Assembly: GCA_963849405.1 (NCBI GenBank)
Contig: CAWKHG010000004.1
Coordinates: 37,094-101,093, forward strand
Source of the DNA: an uncultured Chloroflexia bacterium
Lineage (GTDB): Bacteria; Chloroflexota; Limnocylindria; Limnocylindrales; CSP1-4
Direction: 5' to 3'
Length of the DNA stretch: 64,000 nucleotides
The notes beneath the pieces were generated by a model. The model worked only from the letters and a program-made list of their open reading frames with translations, was not told the origin of the DNA and did no database searches. Made by a program: the position numbers and the translations under genes. Position 1 is the first letter of the stretch. Each line of letters begins with the position of its first letter. This document shows positions 52,545 through 62,502 of the stretch, one piece after another.

Positions 52545-53467
52545 TCAGCCGGGGCGCAGGCCGGACCGCGCCGCGATCCGCGCGCCGGCCTCCTCCCAGC
52601 CGGCGTCGATCGGCCGGCCCGGCGTGTCGAGGTCGATGATGAGCGGCGCGTGGTCCGACGGGATCGGCTTGCCCTTGCGCGCCTCGCGGTCGATCTCCGC
52701 CCACACGACGCGCTCGGCGACGGACTTCGTCGCGAGCAGGTGGTCGATCCGCATCCCGAAGTTCTTGTGGAAGTTGCCGGCCCGGTAGTCCCACCACGTG
52801 AAGCGGCCCTTCTCCGGCCGCAGCTCGCGGTACACGTCCACGAGGCCCCACTCGAGCAGCCGTCGGAACGCCTCGCGCTCCCGTTCCGAGACGTGGGTCC
52901 CGCCGTGAGCGGCCCTCGGATCCCAGACGTCGACGTCGGTGGGGGCGATGTTGAAGTCGCCGCCGAGGATCAGCGGCTGCCCGGGGTCGGCCGCCTCGTC
53001 GAGCCACAGCGCGCAGCCGGTCGTACCAGGCGAGCTTGCCGAGGTAGAACGGCGAGTCGACGACGCGCCCGTTCGGCCCGTACAGGCTCACGACCCGCAA
53101 CGGCGCCTCCGACCCGTCGCGGACCGTGACGGCCAGCATCCGGGCCTCGTCGAGCGGGTCGAAGTCCTCCTCGGCGGCGGCCACGGAGCCCGGGCCGGAG
53201 TCACGGACCGGCCGGTCGCCGAAGTTCGTCACGACGTCCGTGACCGCGAGGCCCTGCCGGACGGCGACCGCGACGCCGTTCCAGCGCCCCTCGCCGTGGT
53301 GGATCAGGTCATAGCCGGCCATCGCGAACGGCCATGACCGGCGCGTCGCTGTCGCCGAGCTTGGTCTCCTGGAGGAGCGCGACGTCGGGCGCCGCCCGCT
53401 CGAGCCACCATTCGACCTTCTCCATGCGGGCCTTGAGCGAGTTGACGTTCCAGGTGGCGATGCGCAC
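52545..53467 (-). CDS. xth: Exodeoxyribonuclease III (frameshifted)
   Basis: RIATWNVNS; LQETK; WNGVA; YGPNG; GGDFNIAP; FTWWDYR; GMRIDH; PSDHAP. Confidence 0.94.
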
Positions 53468-53481
53468 GGCGGGCCGGGTCC

Positions 53482-54171
53482 TCAGAACTTGCGGCCGCGC
53501 TGGCGCGCGAGGTCGAACGTGGCGGTGTCGGCGATGGCCATCACCGCCATCGTGCCGGCCTGGACCGGATCGCTCACGACGAGGTCCACGTTCTTGGTGA
53601 TGCTGCCGGCCATGTTCAGGGCGATGATCGGGATGCCGTGCTCGCGCAGCTCGCGGGCGGCCTTGCTGATGTCGCCGCCCATGATCGAGCCGGCGAGGAC
53701 GAGGAGCCGGGCACGGGGCAGGTCGGCCACGGCCCGGACCGCGGCCGCGATGTTCTCCTCGCCAACGAGCGCGATCGTGTCCACGCTGATCCGTTCGCCG
53801 CGCAGGTTGTGCCGATCGGCCTCGCTCACGGCACCCAGGGCGACCTGGGCGACCTGCGCCCCGCCACCCACGACGATGACCCGCTTGCCGAAGACGCGAT
53901 CGAGGGAACGGGTGAGCCGCTGGGCCCGAAGGCCGGCGACGCCGTCGATCGCCGCGACGAGGTCGTCCTCGCCGACGCCCTCGACCTCGATCTCGAGCTC
54001 GACCGCCGGCGCATGCTTGCCCTCGGCGTCGAGCCGCCGGACCGTGCTGAGCGTCCGGAGACGGCCGCCCGCCCGGCCGATCGCCTCGGCCAGGTCGGGG
54101 ATCGCGGACGGCCCGTCCTCGAGGACGACATGCAGCGCGACGGTGGCCGGGAGGTTGGGACGTCGGGGCAT
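53482..54171 (-). CDS. ACT-like N-terminal domain plus DUF5612-type domain protein
   Basis: FGKRVIVVGGGAQVAQVALGAVSEADRHNLRGERISVDT; LVLAGSIMGG; LNMAGS..DLVVSDPVQAG. Confidence 0.8.
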   Translation of the reverse strand: MPRRPNLPATVALHVVLEDGPSAIPDLAEAIGRAGGRLRTLSTVRRLDAEGKHAPAVELEIEVEGVGEDDLVAAIDGVAGLRAQRLTRSLDRVFGKRVIVVGGGAQVAQVALGAVSEADRHNLRGERISVDTIALVGEENIAAAVRAVADLPRARLLVLAGSIMGGDISKAARELREHGIPIIALNMAGSITKNVDLVVSDPVQAGTMAVMAIADTATFDLARQRGRKF

Positions 54172-54250
54172 CGGTGGTCGTTCCGGTCGGTGCAGCTGGT
54201 CGGGTGGTCTGGGTCGTCGGAGCCGGCGGGTCGTCGGGGCCTTGGCCGGC

Positions 54251-54521
54251 CTAGCGGCCGCGGTCCCGGACGTCGGTGACGGACATCCGGTCGGGCTCGA
54301 GCCCGCCGCTCGGGTCGTGCTCCTCGAAGGCCAGCGCCAAGCGCGCCGAACGCCTCGCGCGTCCGCACCGGGTCGCTCGTCGTGAGCATGAGCGCCCCGT
54401 CCGTGTCCTCGGCCACGCCGACGATGCCCGTGATGTTGACCTCGCGCTCGGCGAGCGCCGACGCCACGCGGGCGAGCGCCCCCGGCCGATCGTCGAGCTG
54501 GACCGTGAACCAGACCGTCAT
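54251..54521 (-). CDS. Small stand-alone ACT domain protein (frameshifted)
   Basis: FTVQLDDRPGALARVASALAEREVNITGI; AGGAG RBS. Confidence 0.8.
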
Positions 54522-54598
54522 GCGCGGCTCCTCATGGGCCGGATGGTACCGCGACCCCGACGGTGCCGGGGTGCCCCGGCCGGTCGCCGCGCCCCGGA

Positions 54599-54645
54599 GC
54601 CGCGACCTGCCGCGACTGCCACGACCTGCCACGACCTGCCGCGCC
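54599..54645. repeat. Short tandem repeat, about 4.5 copies of GCCRCGACCT
   Basis: gccgcgacct gccgcgact gccacgacct gccacgacct gccgcgcc in the divergent intergenic region. Confidence 0.75.
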
Positions 54646-54700
54646 CCCGCCCGGCAGCCCCGCGCCCTGCTACCCTCGCCGGCCATGAGGCGCCCCTGAG

Positions 54701-55066
54701 ATGGCCAAGCCGTCGGCTCCCACCGTCCAGCTCTTCGGCCTCGAGTCCGACTCGGCAACGCGGGCCGCGCTGCGGTTCTTCAAGGAGCGCCGGGTCCCGA
54801 TCGCGTTCGTCGACCTCCGCCGCCGGCCGATCGCGCCCGGCGAGCTGCGCCGGTTCGTCGAACGCCTCGGCGCGCTGGCCTGTGCCGATACGGAGGGACG
54901 GGCCTGGAAGGACGCGGGCCTCGGCTACATGCGGATGACCGACGACGAGCTCGCCACCCGCCTGCTGGCCGACGTCCGCCTGCTGCGCCTGCCGCTGGCT
55001 CGCCACGGATCGGAGGTCACCGCCGGCCGGGCCGAGACGACCTGGAAGGGGTGGCTCGCGCCCTAG
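54701..55066 (+). CDS. ArsC/Spx/MgsR family protein
   Basis: VQLFG...TRAALRFFKERR..FVDL..GELRRF..LLRLPLAR. Confidence 0.85.
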   Translation: MAKPSAPTVQLFGLESDSATRAALRFFKERRVPIAFVDLRRRPIAPGELRRFVERLGALACADTEGRAWKDAGLGYMRMTDDELATRLLADVRLLRLPLARHGSEVTAGRAETTWKGWLAP

Positions 55067-55078
55067 CCGGCGCGCGAC

Positions 55079-55288
55079 TCAGGCGTTCCGGCGGACCCAC
55101 GCCCGCCGGCCGATCCAGGCTCCGGCGACCACCATCACCGCGCCGATCACCGCCCAGGTCCGGTCGCCGACCATGACGCTCCGGCCGGTGATGATGCCCA
55201 GCCCCTGGCCGATGAAGACGAGCCCGACGAGCACCATGAGCACGGCAACGACGAGCGCGATGAGCGTCGTCCGGGTCAACCCCTGCAT
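55079..55288 (-). CDS. Small two-TM membrane protein
   Basis: GLVFIGQGLGII.GRSVMVGDRTWAVIG; two hydrophobic helices. Confidence 0.65.
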   Translation of the reverse strand: MQGLTRTTLIALVVAVLMVLVGLVFIGQGLGIITGRSVMVGDRTWAVIGAVMVVAGAWIGRRAWVRRNA

Positions 55289-55320
55289 CGGCACCTCCGA
55301 AGGTGCATCCTACCCCGGCG

Positions 55321-56187
55321 ATGACCGACGACCATTCCGAGCCGATGGCCTCCGGACGGATACCCCCCGCGGGCGACGGCCACCCCTCGAAACCGGAGGA
55401 GGATCGGCGGCGGAGCGGACGGGTCGTGGTCAGCCCGGAAGCGGTCCGGATCATCCATCCGAGCGGCCAGGCGACCGAGGACGAGCGGCTCCTCGAGAAG
55501 CGCCGGCCGGCGTTCCTCGATACCGACACGTGGCGCTCGCTGCGCATCCTCTCGGAGTTCGTGGAGGGCTTCGACGCCCTGGCGATGGTCGGGCCAGCGG
55601 TCACCGTGTTCGGGTCCGCCCGGACGCAGCCCGGCGAACCGGCCTACGAGCTCGCCCGGACCATCGGCCGGCAGCTGGCCGAGGCCGGCTACGCGGTCAT
55701 CACCGGCGGCGGGCCCGGCGCGATGGAGGCGGCCAACCGGGGCTGCCAGGAGGGCGGCGGGCTCTCGATCGGCTGCAACATCGAGCTGCCCCACGAGCAG
55801 TCGATCAACCGCGTACGTCGACCTCGGCGTGGAGTTCAAGTACTTCTTCGCCCGCAAGGTCGATGTTCGTGAAGTACGCCGACGCGTTCGTCATCCTGCC
55901 CGGCGGCCTGGGCACGCTCGATGAGCTGTTCGAGGCGCTGGTGCTCATCCAGACCGGCAAGATCCGCCACTTCCCGGTCGTGCTGCTCGGGCGGGAGTAC
56001 TGGAGCGGGCTCGTCGACTGGATGCGGGCCGTCCAGCTGCCCGCCCACACGATCGCCGAGGTCGGATCTCGCGCTCTTCCACGTCACGGACGACCCGGCC
56101 GAGGCCATCGCGATGATCCAGGCCTTCACGTCGGAGGCCGACGCCGGCGACGAGGACGACGGGCCGATCGAGAACGAGCTCCGCTGA
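55321..56187 (+). CDS. LOG family (TIGR00730-type) nucleotide phosphoribohydrolase (frameshifted)
   Basis: VTVFGSAR; ITGGGPGAMEAANRG; NIELPHEQ; PGGLGTLDELFE. Confidence 0.9.
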
Positions 56188-56234
56188 TCCGGCCGAGCCG
56201 CGCGCCACCGCGCGCCACCGCCGCGCCCGAGCGG

Positions 56235-56731
56235 TCAACTCGGCAGGGCGACCTCGATCCAGCCGTCGACGACCCGAAGCGGGTAGTAGCGGAAGCGGCG
56301 CACGCGGGTCAGCCGGCGCGCCTCGGCCTTCGGTGCCGGGCGGGTCCACCTTCGGCTCGCGGCCGGCCGACGACCAGGTCGGGTGATACCGGCCGTCGGG
56401 GTCGAGCCCGCCCGTCGTCGGCATGCGGACCGGGTCGCCCGAGCACAGGTCGAAGGGGCCCTCATGGAGCGGACAGGCGACGACGCAGCCCTCGAGCGCG
56501 CCGATCGACAGCGGCGCCGACATGTGCGGGCAGCGGTCGTCGACCGCCACGATCCCCTCGGTCGGTGTGGGCCAGGAGGACGTCGAGCTCGCCGACCGTG
56601 ACCCGGCGCATCGCGCCCGCCGGCAGGTCCGACCGCGGCGAGCAGCCGCTGGAACGGCGGCTCCGTCGGTCCCGAGCGCGCGCAGCTCCGGACGGAAGTC
56701 CAGGGGTCGCGGATCGCGGGAGGGGAGCCAC
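56235..56731 (-). CDS. Small Rieske 2Fe-2S protein (frameshifted)
   Basis: DDRCPHMSAPL...VVACPLHEG.FDL..G; YPLRVVDGWIEV. Confidence 0.8.
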
Positions 56732-56745
56732 GGGCCGATCGTCCC

Positions 56746-56781
56746 ACAAATGCCGAGACCCCGGCGGTGCCGAGGTCTCGG
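56746..56781 (-). terminator. Probable intrinsic terminator after the MFS gene
   Basis: Minus-strand hairpin CCGAGACCTCGGC/GCCGGGGTCTCGG followed by CATTTGT. Confidence 0.5.
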
Positions 56782-56804
56782 GGAGGAGGAGGAGCGAGGG
56801 AAGG

Positions 56805-58559
56805 TCAGGCGCCCGGCTGCGGGCTCCATCTTCGCGCCGGCGGCCGGGGCCGCCTCGGGGGCGAACGACTTGCGCAGCGGGATGTCCTTCATCCCGAGGG
56901 CGAAGAGCACGGCCACCACGCAGGCCCCGACCGCGAGCAGGAACGTCTGCCCGATGCCGAGCGCGAACGCCTGATGGAACGCCGCGTCGAGCTGGCCGAT
57001 GAACGGGGCGAAGAGCTGCTTCACCCCGGCCGCCGCCTCGGGTGGAACGGCCTTGGCGATCGAGTCGGTGATCGCCGTCCCGAAGCTCTGGCCGACGCCG
57101 GTCAGGTTGTTGAGGTCGAGGCCCGGCTCCGCCGCTCGCCTGGAGCTGGTCGAACTGGGCCTGGAGGCAGGCGGCGCGGCCGCCTTGATCTGGGCGAACA
57201 CCGGTCCGAGCTGCGCGGGCAGCTGGTCCTTGAGCGCCTGTCCGAAGACCGTGCCCGACGATCGCCAGGCCGACCGAGCCGCCGATCTGGCGGAAGAACG
57301 TCAGGTTCGAGGTCGCAACGCCGAGCTTGTTGAACGGCACGGCGTTCTGGACGACGATCGTGAAGACCGACAGCGTGGGGCCGATGCCGACGCCCGGTGA
57401 TGAACATCCACAGCCACAGCGACGGGCAGCGGCGTGTCCGCCCGGAGCTGGGTCATCAGCGCGATCCCGATCGCCATGATCACGAGACGCGCCGATGATC
57501 AGGACCTTGTAGCGACCGGTCCGCGACACGATGAGCCCGGCCGACGATCGAGCTGCCGATGAGCCCGATCGAGCAGCGGGAAGAGCTCGTAGCCCGACGC
57601 GGTCGCGCTGTCGCCCCGGACGACCTGGAACCAGCGCGGCAGGAAGATGATCGCGCCGAAGAACCCGAAGCTGACGAAGAACGTCGCGAGCATCGAGGCC
57701 GCGTACGTCCGGTTGCGCCACAGGTCGAGCGGCACGATCGGCTTCCTTCGCCCGTGACTCGATGAAGAGGAACAGGGCGGTCGAGCAGCGAGGCCGATCG
57801 CGATGAAGCCACCGACGTCAGAAGTCTCGTCCAGTCGGCCGGACATGCTTGTTCGTCAGGCCGACGAGCAGGAAGCCGATGCGCGACCGTGAAGACGCCG
57901 GCGCCCAGGTAGTCGAACGTGCGGCTCGCGCCGGCCCGCTTGATCGTGGGCAGGAGCCGCCAGATGATGTACAGGCTGACCAGCCCGACGGGCAGGTTGA
58001 CGTAGAAGACCCAGTGCCAGCTGACGCTGTCGGTCAGGAAGCCGCCGAGCGCCGGCCCGACGATGAACGAGATCCCGAACACGGCGCCGAACAGGCCCTG
58101 GTACTTGCCGCGCTCGGCGGGCGTGAACAGGTCACCGATGACCGCGAGCGCGATCGGGAACAGCGCGCCGGCGCCGATTCCCTGGATGCCCCGGAACAGG
58201 ATCAGCTGGAACATGTTCTGGCTGAGGCCGGACAGGGCCGAGCCGATGAGGAACAGGGTGATGCCGATCATCAGCAGCGGCTTGCGGCCGTAGATGTCGG
58301 ACAGCTTGCCGTAGAACGGCACGGTGATCGTGCTCGTCAGCAGGTAGATCGTGACGACCCACGTGTAGTAGTCGTTGCCACCGAGCTCGGTGACGATCTT
58401 GGGCAGCGCCGTCCCGACGATGGTCTGGTCGAGGGCGCCGAGGAACAGGGCGAGCAGGATGGCGATGAGGATCTCCATCTTGGCGCGCCGGTCCAGCCCG
58501 AGGGCCGGGTCCTCCGCGACCGAGGGCCCGCGGCCCTCGTACGTCGTTCCTTCCACCAT
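56805..58559 (-). CDS. DHA2 (EmrB/QacA-like) MFS efflux transporter (several frameshifts; end approximate)
   Basis: LDQTIVGTALP; GKLSDIYGRK; RGIQGIGAG; GPALGG; WHWVFYVNLPVG; FRQIGGSVG. Confidence 0.9.
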
Positions 58560-58591
58560 CTTGTCGAATCCCTTCCTTCCGTGTCGCGAGA

Positions 58592-59198
58592 TCAGTGGGC
58601 GACGGTGCGCCCGACCGAGGTTGCCTCTGGGTAGCTATGGGCGTGGCTGTGCAGATGTCCGTGTTCGTGGGTCGTGCCGAGGGCCTCGGGCCCGTCGGTC
58701 AGGACGAGGCTCGTGATGGCCTCGTGCACATCGTTGAGGCTCTTCGAGAGCCGCTTGAGCTGCGTCGGATCCAGCCGGCCGAGGATCTTCTGGAGCATGT
58801 CGCGCCGCAGGATCTCGAGCTCGTCGAGCTGGGCCTGGCCGGCCTCCGAGAGGCGGACCAGCACGACCCGACGGTCTTCATCGACCCGCACGCGCTCGAC
58901 CAGGCCGCGTTCGGCCATCCGGTCGATGAGTCCGGTCGCGTTGGAGAGCGAGACGTCGAGCAGGTCGGCGATGCGGCTCATCGAGGTCTCGCCGTGGCGC
59001 GACAGGAGGCCCATCACGTGGAGATGGGTCATGCTGACCCCGGCCTTCACGAGGCGTCCCGTGCCCGCGCACCGAAGTTCGCGCATCGCGACGTGGAATT
59101 CGTCCATGATGCGCTCGACGAGTTCCTGGCCTTCGGGGGCAGCCCAGCCTGGCCGGGACTGCCGTCGGGGCCGTTCGGGTCTTATCGATGGTTCGCAT
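58592..59198 (-). CDS. MarR family regulator with His-rich tail (5' frameshift; intact ORF 58592-59107)
   Basis: MSRIADLLDVSLSNATGLIDRMAERGLVER..DRRVVLVRLSEAG; tail THEHGHLHSHAH. Confidence 0.9.
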
Positions 59199-59236
59199 TA
59201 CATGAAGCATTCTACTCATGTGAACCATCCTGTCAA
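59187..59236 (-). promoter_or_regulatory. Sigma-70 promoter TTGACA-N16-TAGAAT overlapped by a 12-bp inverted repeat (probable MarR operator)
   Basis: Plus strand TGTCAA 59231-59236 and ATTCTA 59209-59214; GATGGTTCGCAT (59187-59198) / ATGTGAACCATC (59218-59229), 11 of 12 complementary. Confidence 0.7.
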
Positions 59237-59270
59237 ACTGAATGGTCCATCGAGTCGGAGGATCGAGTCG

Positions 59271-60240
59271 ATGCGTTTCGCCCTCATGATCGAGCCCCAG
59301 CAGGGGATGAGCTACGCGGACCAGCTGGCCGTCGCGAAACACGCCGAGGCGGCCGGTTTCGAGACGCTCTTCCGGTCGGACCACTACGAGAGCTTCCCCG
59401 GCCCGGCCGACAAGCCCACCACCGACGCGTGGGCCGTCCTCGCCGGGCTCGCCCGTGAGACGAGCACGATCGGCATCGGAGCGCTCGTCTCGCCGGTCAC
59501 CGTCCGCCTGCCGGGCAACCTCGCCAAGCTCGCCGCGACGATCGATGAGATGAGCGACGGCCGGCTCGAGTTCGGCCTGGGCGCCGGCTGGCACGAGGAG
59601 GAGCATCGCCGGCACGGCTTCCCGTTCCCGCCGATCGAGGACCGGGCGACGATGCTCGAGGAGCAGCTCGACGATCGTCGACGGCCTCCTCAACGGACCC
59701 GACGGGTTCACGTTCGAGGGCCGCTTCTACTCGGTCGAGGACGCTCGCTTCCGGCGACCGACCGGGTCGCCGGATCAACATCCTGGTCGGTGGCAGCGGC
59801 ACGCCGCGTTCGATGCGGATCGCGGCGAAGCATGCCGGCGAGTTCAACCTCTCGAGCGCCTCGCCGGAAGTCGCCCTCGACAAGTTCGGCCAGCTCGACG
59901 ATGCCTGCAAGGCCGCGGGACGCCAACCGGCCACGCTCACCCGGTCGGCGATGGTCGGGACCCTCATCGGGCGGAACCATGCCCAGGTGGAGCGGCGGAT
60001 CGAGGCGCTCGTGAAGCTGCTCGCCGGGGACGCGGACGACGGGCCGGGCGCGGCAGGCTCCGACGAGTGGCTCGCGGAGCGGCGCGAGCCGCTGGATCAT
60101 CGGCACGCCGGATCGATGCCCGCGCGCGGATCCGCCAGTACGCGAACGCCGGCTGCGAGCGGATCATGCTCCAGGACTTCCAGCCCTGGGATCTCGACAT
60201 GATCGACCTGATGGGCAAGGAGATCGTCGGGCGGGTTTGA
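59271..60240 (+). CDS. LLM-class (probably F420-dependent) oxidoreductase (frameshifted)
   Basis: MIEPQQG; LFRSDHY; DAWAVLAGLARET; LVSPVT; SDGRLEFGLGAGW.EEEH. Confidence 0.88.
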
Positions 60241-60285
60241 CCCGGCGCGGCTCGGCCTCGGCGGCGGCTCAGCCCCGGCCGGCGC

Positions 60286-61497
60286 TCAGGCCTCGGCGGC
60301 GGTGGACGCCGCCATGTAGCGCGCGTCGTCCCGCCGGATCGGGTCGGGGTTCGTGCCGCGGGCTCGGGCGATCCGCTCCGTCAGCAGCTGCAGCGCCGTG
60401 GCCGTACCGAGCAGGGCCGCCACGGCGGACGGCAGTCCGGGCGCCTCGGGCACGACCAGGCGGCCGGCACGGGTCATCGCCGGATCGATCGAGCCGGCCG
60501 CCCCGGCCGACAGGATCGCCGCGCTGTGGACGCCCACGACGCCGACGGCGGCCAGGGCCTGGCGGGCGCGCACGACTCGGTCGTCGCGGCCCAGCCGGTC
60601 GCTGAGGACGAGCACGAGCCCGGTCGTCCCGTCGGTCGACGGCAGGTGCCCGTGGAGGAACGTCTCGAGGTCGCGGTACGAGGTCGGGACCCAGGACGCC
60701 TCCTCGATCTTGAGGGTCAGCTCGCGGCCGGCGGTCCGGTCGGCGCCGGAGGCGATGACGACGAGGTGGCGCGTCCCGGCGAGGGTCGTGGCCATCGCCT
60801 CGGCCGACGCGGTGTCGCGGGCCCCGTCGGCGAGGAGCGCCCGGATCGCGGCCGCGTCGGCGGCCTCTCCCCGGAGAGCGGCCCCGACCGCGACGGCCGC
60901 CAGCAGCGGCGAGATGTAGCCGACCGTGTGGCACCAGCTCTGGTCGAGCTCCTCGGTCGCCACCACCTCGTCGGCGAGTGCCGCACCGGGCGACCGGTCG
61001 GATGCGGTCACGATCGCCGTCCGGGCCCCGGCCGCACGGGCCGCCTCGAGCGCCCGGTTGGTGGCCGCGGTGCTGCCCTCGTGCGAGATCCCGATGACGA
61101 GCCCGCTCGACGGAGGGTCGAGGGCCAGCTCGAACGCCTGGGCCGCCACGGGACGGGGAGCGGTCACGCCCGCGTCACGCATCGCCTCGGCGAGGATGTC
61201 GGCGACCCCGAGGGCGCCATGCTCGGACGTGCCGCACCCGGTGACGACGATCGGCTCGCCGAAGTGGGCCACCTCGCGGATCAGCGCTGCCAGGCGTGCC
61301 GCTCCGCCGTCGGGTCCGGCGAGCCGGCCGAGGACGCGCTCGGCCAGGGCCGGTTCGGCCGCGATCATGTCGGTCATGTGATACGGCGGGGCGCTGCGCG
61401 GGCTCGGCGCCGACGTCGATGCCCACGGATCGGGTGCGCCCGGCAGGGAAGCCTCCGGATCGAAGCCGGTGGCCGGATCGAGGTCGATGGTGGTCAT
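60286..61497 (-). CDS. Double SIS-domain sugar-phosphate isomerase (GlmS C-terminal-like)
   Basis: TGCGTSEH; GISHEGST; SWCHTVGY; ELTLKIEE; ETFLHGH; GTNPD. Confidence 0.85.
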   Translation of the reverse strand: MTTIDLDPATGFDPEASLPGAPDPWASTSAPSPRSAPPYHMTDMIAAEPALAERVLGRLAGPDGGAARLAALIREVAHFGEPIVVTGCGTSEHGALGVADILAEAMRDAGVTAPRPVAAQAFELALDPPSSGLVIGISHEGSTAATNRALEAARAAGARTAIVTASDRSPGAALADEVVATEELDQSWCHTVGYISPLLAAVAVGAALRGEAADAAAIRALLADGARDTASAEAMATTLAGTRHLVVIASGADRTAGRELTLKIEEASWVPTSYRDLETFLHGHLPSTDGTTGLVLVLSDRLGRDDRVVRARQALAAVGVVGVHSAAILSAGAAGSIDPAMTRAGRLVVPEAPGLPSAVAALLGTATALQLLTERIARARGTNPDPIRRDDARYMAASTAAEA

Positions 61498-61601
61498 GTC
61501 CGCGATGATAGGCTCGCCTCCAAGAGGCGGTCCGGCGGGCGGCGACGCCATGCACCGCCGCTTCACCCTTCCCGCCCACCCACCACGGAGATCGATCGCG
61601 G

Positions 61602-62496
61602 ATGCAGGTCGGAGTCATGGCCCCGCAGGGCTGGAAGCGCGAGTACGACGGCTGGGACCCGGCCGCGGCGTGGGCGCGGACCGTCGAGCTGGCCCGGGAC
61701 GCGGAACGCCTGGGCTTCGAGTCGATCTGGGTCTTCGACCACTTCCACACGGTCCCCCAGCCGGTCGAGGAGATGACCCTCGAGTCGTTCTCGACGATCA
61801 CGGCCCTGGCGATGGTCACCGAGCGGGTCCGGCTCGGCCACATGGTGGTCTGCACCGGCTTCCGCAACCCGGCCCTGACCGCGAAGCTCTCGTCGACGAT
61901 CGACGTCATCTGCGGCGGCCGCTTCGAGCTCGGCATCGGCGCCGGCTGGAAGGAGGACGAGTGGCGGGCCTACGGCTACGGCTTCCCGCCGCTGGCCGAA
62001 CGGCTCGCCGCGCTCGGCGACCACCTCGAGATCATCCGGGCCCTGTTCGAGCCGGGGCGGGCCACGTTCGAGGGCCAGTACGCCCGCGTCGAACCGGGCG
62101 ATCAACGAGCCAAAGGGCCTCCAGAAGCCGCGCATCCCGATCATCGTCGGCGGCAACGGCCGCAACGTGACCTTCCGGTACGCCGCGAAGTTCGCCGAGG
62201 AGCTCAACCTCGTCTACCTCTCGCCCGACGGTGTCGCCGAGCTGCTGCCGATCATCCGGGCGCGCTGCGAGGAGATCGACCGCGACCCGGCGACCCTGCG
62301 GGTGTCGCTCTACTCGCGCGACGACGACGTCCGGGCGGTCGGCCAGGAGCGCGTGGACATGCTGGCGGCCTTCAACGAGCTCGGGCTCGATCGGATCGTG
62401 TGCTTCCCGAGCCGCTGGGACCAGTCCCTCGATGCCCAGGCCCGCTTCGCCGAGGATTGCCGCGCGGCCGGGCTGGAGATGCTCCCGGCGGTCTGA
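61602..62496 (+). CDS. LLM-class F420-dependent oxidoreductase (frameshifted)
   Basis: PQGW; GFESIWVFDHFHTVP; RLGHMVVC..FRNPAL; GGRFELGIGAGW; IIVGGNG. Confidence 0.9.
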
Positions 62497-62502
62497 GGGG
62501 CG

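Noticed and set aside
54599-54645. CRISPR array
   Set aside because: Units are 10 bp with no spacers, and there are no cas genes.
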